Origin: a virus
Strand: one strand, 5' to 3'
Length of the DNA: 64,000 nucleotides
Virus record (IMG/VR): IMGVR_UViG_3300031132_000002
Below, in pieces: positions 38,334-44,970 of this stretch. Position 1 is the first letter of the stretch. Each line of letters begins with the position of its first letter. The notes under the pieces were generated by a model. It had not been told where the DNA came from and ran no database searches. It was given only the letters and a program-made list of their open reading frames with translations. Position numbers and translations under genes: made by a program.

Positions 38334-40037
38334 ATGGCTAAGCGCATTAAAAACCCACTGTTTAACACTGACGGCTACAAACCATCTCACATCGATCAGT
38401 ATGCCGATAATATGGATACGCTGTTTTCAAACTTCACTCCTCGTGGTGATAAGTATTTCACACACTACGCACCAAACGCACCGCGTGGCGTTATCTCTGC
38501 TGGTGTTCAGGGTGTTCTCAAAGAACGTCTGATTGACGACTGGAACGAAAACTTCTTCTCTCGTCCGAAGGATGAAGTGGTGGCTGAGTACTCGAAGTTT
38601 ATGACTCGTTACAACGGACGCCAGAACCGAACTGATCATATTGAAGCACTGCACGATTTGGGTTATCTGCCTCTATCAGTACGTGCGTTGCCGGAAGGTG
38701 TTCTGTGTCCTATCCAGGTTCCAGTGTATACAATTCACAATACCGTTAAAGGCTTTGCGTGGTTGGTGAACTATCTGGAAACTATGCTGAGTGCAGAAAC
38801 TTGGAAGACAATGAATAACGCAACCATTGCTTTCCAGTACCGCCTGCTTGGTGAACAGTACGCAGATTTGACCTGTGATTCTAAAGATCACCTAGCATTC
38901 CAGTTCCACGACTTCTCTGCTCGTGGTTTGTCTGGTATCGATGACGGATATCGCTCTGGCTTTGGTCACTTAATGTCATTCAAAGGTACTGATACTCTTC
39001 GTGCTGTTTGCTACGTAGATGATTTCTACTACGGAGAAGATACTTTTGTTGCTGGGAGCATTCCTGCATCTGAGCACAGTGTTGCAACAACTAATATTAG
39101 TGATATTCTCGCTAAACTGATGGTTGAAGTTGACGGCTTCGCAGCAATGAACATTGATGAACAACGATTCTTCTCTGAACTGGAGTTCTTGCGTAAATAT
39201 CTGACTCAGATTTACCCTGATGGCATTGTGTCTTATGTGGCAGACAGCTACGACTATTGGGCGCTGGTTACTGAGATCCTTCCAGTTCTGAAACAAGAGA
39301 TTATGGAACGAGATGGTAAACTGGTAATTCGTCCAGATAGCGGCAAGCCCCTGCATATTATCTGTGGATACTATGTTGAGACCTTTGCTTCTCGTGAGAT
39401 CTTTGAAAACTCAAGTCGTGCTCTTCTCACCGAAGTTGCATACATCGCAGATGAACAAGTTTACCTGCGTATTCAGGACAACGAGCAGTATGGTTACGAA
39501 GAGTACGTGGAGATTCCTCGTCACGAGGCCGTAGGTACTATCCAGGTGTTGTGGGAAGAGTTTGGTGGTAAAATCAACTCTAAGGGCTATAAAGAGTTAG
39601 ATTCTCATATTGGACTGATTTACGGCGATAGCATCACTGTTTCTCTGACCAAAGAGATCTTTAAGCGCCTGGAAGGAAATGGTTTTGCATCAAGTAACAT
39701 TGTTCTGGGTGTTGGTAGCTATACTTACAACTACAGCACTCGTGATACCTTCGGGTTTGCTTGTAAAGCTACAGGTTGTGTTATTGATGGTAACGAGATT
39801 CTTGTGAGCAAAGAGCCGAAGACTGATCCAGGTAAACGTTCTGCTCGTGGATTCTTAGCTGTTGTGGCAAATCCAGAAGGTGATTTGACTCTTGAAGATG
39901 GTTTGTCTTTGTCAGACGTTTCTCACCCTAAGAACGAATTGCTGGAAGTTTTCCGTGATAGTCTGATGGTGATTGATACTAATATTGATGAAGTACGAGC
40001 CACACTGGACGATACGGTACGTAAATATCTTAAATAA
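38334..40037 (+). CDS. nicotinamide phosphoribosyltransferase-like protein (probable Namat)
   Basis: TDGYK.SH, HDFSARG, GTDT, PASEHSV, DSYD, RPDSG, LIYGDSIT, RDTFGFA.KA; start after GAGGAG; own TTGACA promoter at 38274. Confidence 0.92.
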   Translation: MAKRIKNPLFNTDGYKPSHIDQYADNMDTLFSNFTPRGDKYFTHYAPNAPRGVISAGVQGVLKERLIDDWNENFFSRPKDEVVAEYSKFMTRYNGRQNRTDHIEALHDLGYLPLSVRALPEGVLCPIQVPVYTIHNTVKGFAWLVNYLETMLSAETWKTMNNATIAFQYRLLGEQYADLTCDSKDHLAFQFHDFSARGLSGIDDGYRSGFGHLMSFKGTDTLRAVCYVDDFYYGEDTFVAGSIPASEHSVATTNISDILAKLMVEVDGFAAMNIDEQRFFSELEFLRKYLTQIYPDGIVSYVADSYDYWALVTEILPVLKQEIMERDGKLVIRPDSGKPLHIICGYYVETFASREIFENSSRALLTEVAYIADEQVYLRIQDNEQYGYEEYVEIPRHEAVGTIQVLWEEFGGKINSKGYKELDSHIGLIYGDSITVSLTKEIFKRLEGNGFASSNIVLGVGSYTYNYSTRDTFGFACKATGCVIDGNEILVSKEPKTDPGKRSARGFLAVVANPEGDLTLEDGLSLSDVSHPKNELLEVFRDSLMVIDTNIDEVRATLDDTVRKYLK

Positions 40038-40138
40038 GGCTTAAAGGGTGAGGGGGTGAGTTAGATAGATTGACAACTCCCCTCCATTCGTGGTATATTA
40101 ACTCTTGCTAATACTCCCTCTGTGTATGAGCAATTACT

Positions 40139-40357
40139 ATGAATGGACACAGTTTTCATTTTAGATGTAAAGCGTGTAATCGGAAACTCCACAATAAGGC
40201 TTTTGCCTCCAAAGGTGGACTGATTAAAGAATCAGATTTATGTTCCGTATGTACAAGCCTAGCATCAGATGATTCAGAATATAGAGAGTATCAGCATCAG
40301 GATCTTACTGACGTTCTTACTCCCTATACACCCTCCCCCAATAATAACCTAGATTAA
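40139..40357 (+). CDS. small zinc-finger protein
   Basis: RCKACN...DLCSVC. Confidence 0.65.
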   Translation: MNGHSFHFRCKACNRKLHNKAFASKGGLIKESDLCSVCTSLASDDSEYREYQHQDLTDVLTPYTPSPNNNLD

Positions 40358-40366
40358 GGAAATACA

Positions 40367-40627
40367 ATGGCAACTAAGTCATACGCACTAACCGATACTG
40401 ATGGTTGGATTAAAGTGATTGACGGAAGCACTGTTTCAGTTGTTGAGGTACGAGTAGGTAACGTTTACTTGGCCTTTAGTGATACAATGCCTACAGCTTT
40501 TACTCACGATCATCACCGTCTGTCAAACTGGAGCACTATTGCCCCCGAGTTTGGCCCAGCGTGGGTTAGATCACAAACCGTAAAATCCGAAATTGTAATC
40601 TCTACAATGAACGGATCAACTACGTAA
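40367..40627 (+). CDS. hypothetical beta-rich protein
   Basis: ORF with AAGGA SD. Confidence 0.7.
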   Translation: MATKSYALTDTDGWIKVIDGSTVSVVEVRVGNVYLAFSDTMPTAFTHDHHRLSNWSTIAPEFGPAWVRSQTVKSEIVISTMNGSTT

Positions 40628-40809
40628 GGAGCATTTATGGCTCTTGAAATAGCAATCTCCGCACAGTTGATTTCATTACTTGTTGCTTTCGCTGTAGGTA
40701 AGCATCTTGGTAGCAAGTGTCGAAACCATACTGATCTTTCCTCTACATAACCAATAATCTCAGAGGGAGAAATAAATGCGAATTATTGAGATTATTTAAA
40801 TAAAAGGTG

Positions 40810-40839
40810 TTGACACGGCATCAAAAACCGTGTTAATAT
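40810..40839 (+). promoter_or_regulatory. sigma70 promoter opening the RNA cluster
   Basis: TTGACA ... TGn-TAATAT with AT-rich UP element. Confidence 0.7.
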
Positions 40840-40857
40840 CCTCCTCGTTGAAACAAT

Positions 40858-40978
40858 GATGCGTCTGGCGAAATAGGTAGACGCGGGGGAATAGGGAATC
40901 TACTACGGTTGAGCGCCGTAGCTTACCGGAAGCCGCCGATGACTCACACATTACAGGTTCGAGTCCTGTTACGCATCA
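40858..40978 (+). ncRNA. tRNA-like RNA (~121 nt), Leu-type D arm, anticodon region replaced by insert
   Basis: GATGCGT/ACGCATC terminal stem, GCG-AAATAGGTAGA-CGC D arm, ACAGG-TTCGAGT-CCTGT T arm; no encoded CCA. Confidence 0.7.
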
Positions 40979-40984
40979 ACTAAC

Positions 40985-41091
40985 GCCGGATAAGCCCTTG
41001 GGTAAGGGCGGGGCCATCAAAGCCCGAAAACAGCATTCACTTTTAGGGTGGTGTGAATACATAGGTGGTTCGACTCCACCATCCGGCTCCA
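40985..41091 (+). ncRNA. tRNA-like RNA (~107 nt), 6-bp D stem, UCA-centred loop, long extra arm
   Basis: GCCGGAT/ATCCGGC-T-CCA; GCCCTT-GGGT-AAGGGC; GGGC-CATCAAA-GCCC; GGTGG-TTCGACT-CCACC. Confidence 0.7.
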
Positions 41092-41172
41092 ATTTTGCTT
41101 AATGCTCTGTTCATTATTATAGTGAGCAGATTACTAATCAAAAATAAATAATTCTTAGAGGAGAATATAGAT

Positions 41173-41781
41173 ATGTCAGAAGTTAAAAAAGTAATCACCG
41201 TAGCAGACCGTTCTACCAAAGCACTGAACACCGCAGCAACTGGCCTGGTTAAAATTACTCAGGATCTGGCAGCAATCGCTGACCAAGCAGTTTCTCTGGC
41301 GACAGACATTGAGTACAAGCAGAATGACCTGGACAATCTGAATCAGCAGTTCGATACTAAATTCCGTGAAGCTTCCGCTGAACTGAAACTGAAAGTAATC
41401 GAAGACGAAGATAAAGTACTCGGCACTCTTCTGAAATCTCGTAGTCTGGTAACTATTGATCCTAAAGAACTGGCAACCCTTCGTTCCGATCTGGCTGTAG
41501 CTCAGGATTCAAATGAAGATGCGCTGGCAGAAGCCAAGTCAGCGGGTGAACGTTCAGCAGCCATCGCGTTTAACGCTCAGAAGTCTGCAATCGAATCAAA
41601 CCATCGCGTAGCTATCGCTCAGTTCGAAGCTAACGAGAAGTCGTTTGAACAGCGTATTGCCTTCCTCGAAGAGCAGAACAAAGATCTGAAAGGTCAGATT
41701 ACCGCAGAACGTGAAACCCGTCTGGAAATCGCTCGTGCTGATGCGCAGCGTCAGGGCGTTACCGTTAACAACGGCAAGTAA
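41173..41781 (+). CDS. coiled-coil protein within RNA cluster
   Basis: 202-aa Ala/Glu/Lys/Gln-rich helical ORF, GAGGAG SD. Confidence 0.85.
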   Translation: MSEVKKVITVADRSTKALNTAATGLVKITQDLAAIADQAVSLATDIEYKQNDLDNLNQQFDTKFREASAELKLKVIEDEDKVLGTLLKSRSLVTIDPKELATLRSDLAVAQDSNEDALAEAKSAGERSAAIAFNAQKSAIESNHRVAIAQFEANEKSFEQRIAFLEEQNKDLKGQITAERETRLEIARADAQRQGVTVNNGK

Positions 41782-41787
41782 TTTAAT

Positions 41788-41809
41788 AAGCCCCTTCGGG
41801 GGCTTCTTT
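41788..41809 (+). terminator. UUCG-loop terminator hairpin
   Basis: AAGCCCC-TTCG-GGGGCTT then CTTT. Confidence 0.7.
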
Positions 41810-41987
41810 AGAAGTGTTTTAATGTAGAGAAAATGCGGAGTCCGATCCGCTGCTTAGATAATGTGTGCTTAACTGCTACCTGAAAGACTGATCAATATAG
41901 TAGGAATACTTGAGAGATGGTATGACTTGGTGCCTCACGTTGGAGTTCGGAGCCAACTTCTCTAAATTAAAATATTTATCGGAGGTA

Positions 41988-42167
41988 ATGATGAAACCAT
42001 ATGGACATACAGAGAAAGATAACTCTATCTGTGGTTGGGGTTGCTGCTTCCATCCTGACCGCACCCAGCGACATTGGACTTGTCGTAAGATAATTGATAA
42101 AGCCAAAAGAAAGAAAGCTCGTCGAGAAGGGAGAAAAGAGATTGACTTACAAAAGACATTCGAATAG
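41988..42167 (+). CDS. small basic Cys-rich protein
   Basis: GGAGG SD; MMKPYG...CGWGCC...KRKKARREG. Confidence 0.55.
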   Translation: MMKPYGHTEKDNSICGWGCCFHPDRTQRHWTCRKIIDKAKRKKARREGRKEIDLQKTFE

Positions 42168-42327
42168 AATCAAAGCTAAATCACCTAAGAGAGTCTTAGA
42201 ATGGTGCGGTTGTGATCGTGCTCTTGTAGGCATAAATCAAAAATGTCCGGTATGTGGTGTAGTAAATGGAAATAAGAAGAAAAGATTTAAAAAACATATT
42301 GACTTCGATACCATTTCTGTAGTATAG
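42094..42327 (+). CDS. small basic zinc-ribbon protein (start uncertain)
   Basis: WCGCDRALV....KCPVCG. Confidence 0.55.
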   Translation: MIKPKERKLVEKGEKRLTYKRHSNRIKAKSPKRVLEWCGCDRALVGINQKCPVCGVVNGNKKKRFKKHIDFDTISVV

Positions 42328-42363
42328 TTACCTCACTGACCAACAAGGTTTAAAATAATATTT

Positions 42364-42440
42364 GCTCCGTTAGCGCAATTGGATAGCGCAAGAGATTTCT
42401 ACTCTCTAGGTTGGGGGTTCGAGTCCCTCACGGAGTGCCA
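42364..42440 (+). tRNA. tRNA-Arg(TCT)
   Basis: Cloverleaf; AGAGA-TT TCT AC-TCTCT; CCA encoded. Confidence 0.92.
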
Positions 42441-42637
42441 GTTTGCGTCTGGTATATGCGTTGATTTAGAATTGTAGCGTTTGTAGACTAGCCTTCTTGT
42501 CGAGCACAATCTAATGAAATATACAAGCCATCGTTTTTAAAAGTTATTGTAACTTTTTGTTTTCCGATCATAGTAAGTAACCCCGCTTGCGGCGACAGAG
42601 GGGTACAATTTCAAATAATCATATAAGGAGAGACATA

Positions 42638-42814
42638 ATGGGTAAGAAAGTAAGCGCAGTAGATAAGATCATTCAGCCTTTCCAGTTTGAGAGCAAGTCT
42701 ACTCAGACCGAAAGCAAGCCAGTAGAAATGACCATTAACGGCGAAGTGAAGAAAGTGTCTCACCGTATCCGTACTGGTAAAACGAAGCGTGAACGCGCTC
42801 GCTCTGGTAAGTAG
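42638..42814 (+). CDS. small basic protein
   Basis: AAGGAG SD; MGKKVSAVDK...RIRTGKTKRERARSGK. Confidence 0.7.
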   Translation: MGKKVSAVDKIIQPFQFESKSTQTESKPVEMTINGEVKKVSHRIRTGKTKRERARSGK

Positions 42815-42902
42815 TAAATAGTTTAAAATAGTTGTTGACAGATAATCAAATACGTGGTACATTGGTATTAAGTAGAGAAGATTGTTAGTTAACAACTACT
42901 TA

Positions 42903-42992
42903 GGAAGATAGGGTTTATGGTAAACAACTGGTCTTGAAAACCAGCCCATCGGTTAGTAGCTGGTGATGGTTCGATTCCATTATCTTCCTCCA
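42903..42992 (+). tRNA. tRNA-Ser(TGA)
   Basis: CTGGT-CT TGA AA-ACCAG, long variable arm, CCA. Confidence 0.92.
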
Positions 42993-42997
42993 AATTT

Positions 42998-43073
42998 GGG
43001 GATATAGTTTAGCTGGTAAAAATACTGGACTGTCACTTCGGAGCCACGGGTTCGATTCCCGTTATCCCCGCCA
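42998..43073 (+). tRNA. tRNA-Asp(GTC)
   Basis: CTGGA-CT GTC AC-TTCGG; G73; CCA. Confidence 0.92.
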
Positions 43074-43114
43074 ATTAAGATATTGAGTGAGAAATCACAC
43101 CAATAAGAAGTAAT

Positions 43115-43208
43115 GGAGAATTAACCCTAATGGTAAGGGAAGTGTTTGCTAAACACTCAGTAGTCGCGGAAACGCGGCGTATCAGTTCAAGTCTGATATT
43201 CTCCTCCA
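43115..43208 (+). tRNA. tRNA-Ser(GCT)
   Basis: AGTGT-TT GCT AA-ACACT, long variable arm, CCA. Confidence 0.92.
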
Positions 43209-43209
43209 C

Positions 43210-43286
43210 GCATCGCTAGCTAAACTGGATAAGGCATCTGACTTTTAATCAGAATACTGGAGGTTCGAATCCTCCGCGATGCACCA
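43210..43286 (+). tRNA. tRNA-Lys(TTT)
   Basis: TCTGA-CT TTT AA-TCAGA; CCA. Confidence 0.93.
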
Positions 43287-43354
43287 AACAAAAAGTAAAA
43301 TAAATCTTTACTTCTGAATACTTTTATGATAGAGTATTGATAAATAAGGTTTAA

Positions 43355-43436
43355 GGGGATGTGGCGGAGAGGCCGAACGCACCTGACTGTAAATCAGGCA
43401 TACCACGCCCTGGTTCGAATCCAGGCAGCCCCACCA
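43355..43436 (+). tRNA. tRNA-Tyr(GTA)
   Basis: CCTGA-CT GTA AA-TCAGG; CCA. Confidence 0.92.
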
Positions 43437-43441
43437 AATAA

Positions 43442-43527
43442 TGAAATCGAAATAAGGGAAGACGAGATGGCGTGATCTATATCACTCAGTCCTTCGGGGA
43501 TACAAGCTCGAAAAGTAGATTTCACCA
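43442..43527 (+). ncRNA. CCA-ended multibranch RNA, not a cloverleaf
   Basis: TGAAATC/GATTTCA-CCA closing stem; CGAG/CTCG enclosing GTGAT-CTAT-ATCAC and a CC-TTCG-GG hairpin. Confidence 0.55.
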
Positions 43528-43533
43528 AACAAC

Positions 43534-43609
43534 GATTCTATAGCTATAATGGTAGAGCAGTGGACTGTTAATCCACCGGTTGCAGGTTCGAGTCCTGCTA
43601 GGATCGCCA
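43534..43609 (+). tRNA. tRNA-Asn(GTT)
   Basis: GTGGA-CT GTT AA-TCCAC; G73; CCA. Confidence 0.93.
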
Positions 43610-43615
43610 AATAAT

Positions 43616-43691
43616 GCTTGTATAGCTCAGTAGGTAGAGCAGTTGCCTTGTAAGCATCAGGTCACGAGTTCGATTCTTGTTGCAAGCACCA
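43616..43691 (+). tRNA. tRNA-Thr(TGT)
   Basis: GTTGC-CT TGT AA-GCATC; CCA. Confidence 0.92.
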
Positions 43692-43705
43692 AATTATCAA
43701 GCGAA

Positions 43706-43756
43706 CGCGCCTGATGAGTCTTTGAAATAAGACGAAACGCTGTGAAGCGTAGCGCG
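43706..43756 (+). ncRNA. type I hammerhead ribozyme (predicted cleavage after GUA, position 43751)
   Basis: Stem I CGCGC/GCGCG; core CTGATGA; stem II GTCTT-TGAAAT-AAGAC; GAAA; stem III CGCT-GTGA-AGCG; U16.1-A17. Confidence 0.9.
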
Positions 43757-43767
43757 GAGTATCCCAA

Positions 43768-43876
43768 GAAGGGGAATAACTGGATACCAGTAGAGACTTC
43801 TCTAAGTATTTTCCAACGAGAATATTTAGAGCGTGGGTGTGCAATGTCTCTATATGCAGCACACAGCTAGCCCTTC
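43768..43876 (+). ncRNA. putative pseudoknotted structured RNA
   Basis: GAAGGG/CCCTTC; ACTGG-ATA-CCAGT; AGAGAC/GTCTCT; 14-bp hairpin 43800-43831; crossing pair GTGTGC/GCACAC. Confidence 0.6.
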
Positions 43877-43882
43877 AACATT

Positions 43883-43959
43883 GCGAGTTTAACTCAGTCT
43901 GGTAGAGTGTCTGCCTTCCAAGCAGTTCGTCATCGGTTCGAATCCGATATCTCGCTCCA
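43883..43959 (+). tRNA. tRNA-Gly(TCC)
   Basis: CTGC-CT TCC AA-GCAG; U73; CCA. Confidence 0.92.
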
Positions 43960-43965
43960 AATTAT

Positions 43966-44053
43966 ATCGTGGTATACAAATTGGCCTAAGTAACCAGACT
44001 TTCAATCTGGCGCAGTTTTCTGCTTACGGGTTCGAATCCCGTCCACGATACCA
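43966..44053 (+). tRNA. type II tRNA with TTC (Glu) anticodon on a Leu-like body
   Basis: ATCGTGG/CCACGAT-A-CCA; CCAGA-CT TTC AA-TCTGG; variable arm GCAG-TTTT-CTGC. Confidence 0.8.
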
Positions 44054-44058
44054 AAAAA

Positions 44059-44130
44059 GAAGCTATAGTTTAATGCAAAACTTGTCACTTCCGAGATTGA
44101 CAAATGAAGATTTATCTTCTAGCTTCACCA
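44059..44130 (+). ncRNA. degenerate tRNA-like RNA
   Basis: GAAGCTA/TAGCTTC-A-CCA; D arm GTTT/AAAC; TTGTCA-10-nt loop-TGACAA; T arm GAAGA-TTTA-TCTTC lacking TTC. Confidence 0.65.
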
Positions 44131-44136
44131 AATTAT

Positions 44137-44283
44137 CGGATAGATGCAATATGAAAGTGCAGCGTTAGGGTTCGCAAGTTGGCGCTTGTTTGACTAACAA
44201 AACATAATTAGTATGGGCATTTCAAGAATACATAGCCTCGCCAAAGGAGATGTAAGAAGGTTCGACTCCTTCCTGTTCGCCCA
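44137..44283 (+). ncRNA. tRNA-like RNA (~147 nt) with multi-stem insert
   Basis: CGGATAG/CTGTTCG-C-CCA; GAAGG-TTCGACT-CCTTC T arm; internal hairpins. Confidence 0.65.
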
Positions 44284-44289
44284 AATGAT

Positions 44290-44363
44290 TGGCCTATAGT
44301 GTAGAGGTAGCACAGGAGCCTTTGACTCTCCTAGCCCAAGTTCAATTCTTGGTGGGCCTGCCA
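44290..44363 (+). tRNA. tRNA-Gln(TTG)
   Basis: GGAGC-CT TTG AC-TCTCC; G73; CCA. Confidence 0.9.
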
Positions 44364-44395
44364 AATTTTAGTGCTTTCAATGAGAGCATTAATGT

Positions 44396-44472
44396 GTGGC
44401 TATATCATAATGGCTTAATGACGCTGCTTGTGATGCAGTTCTATGTGGGTTCGAGTCCCATTAGCCACCCCA
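44396..44472 (+). tRNA. tRNA-His(GTG)
   Basis: GCTGC-TT GTG AT-GCAGT; C73; CCA; genomic -1 base is T. Confidence 0.9.
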
Positions 44473-44540
44473 AAAAGCTTATTTACAACTCTAAGTAACT
44501 ATGCTATCATCCTTTTCATTACTAGAATAGGAGATGACGT

Positions 44541-44903
44541 ATGAAAAGTTGTGAGTATTGCAAGAAAGAATTTGAAGTAGTGCGAAAACACGGAGGAAAC
44601 AACAGAACATTTTGTTTTGATTGTGTTCCAGAAGGCTTAACCAAGAGCGAGAGAGCTAGAGTACATCAAGATATTCGTGGTATCAGATCTAAGCTTATGA
44701 AATTAGAATTAGGTTGTCACGTATGTGGTTATAAAAGATGTTCCGAGGCTTTAGAGTGGCATCACCCTACAAGTGATAAACTTCACGATCCTTCTAACGC
44801 TATTAAGAGATCTTGGGAAGCATATTTATTAGAGATTAAAAAGTGTATTCTTCTTTGCTCAAACTGTCACAGAGAAGTGCATTCAAATATTATCAGTCTG
44901 TAG
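44541..44903 (+). CDS. HNH (homing) endonuclease
   Basis: CEYC..CFDC; CHVCG...LEWHH...KCILLCSNCHREVH. Confidence 0.9.
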   Translation: MKSCEYCKKEFEVVRKHGGNNRTFCFDCVPEGLTKSERARVHQDIRGIRSKLMKLELGCHVCGYKRCSEALEWHHPTSDKLHDPSNAIKRSWEAYLLEIKKCILLCSNCHREVHSNIISL

Positions 44904-44970
44904 CGCAGCCAGGTAGCGTGATTCCTTTGGAAGGAATGGGTCGTAGGTTCAAATCCTACCGGACTGACCA
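44894..44970 (+). tRNA. tRNA-Pro(TGG)
   Basis: CAGTCTG/CGGACTG-A-CCA; ATTCC-TT TGG AA-GGAAT. Confidence 0.92.

Noticed and set aside
40858-40978. group I intron-containing tRNA-Leu
   Set aside because: Insert is about 65 nt, far too short, and no catalytic core is recognisable
40985-41091. tmRNA
   Set aside because: About 107 nt, no G3-U70 Ala identity pair and no tag reading frame
41912-41965. tRNA remnant (GTTGG-AGTTCGGAG-CCAAC)
   Set aside because: Only one T-like hairpin; no acceptor/CCA or anticodon arm supportable
43442-43527. second hammerhead ribozyme
   Set aside because: No CUGANGA...GAAA core on either strand
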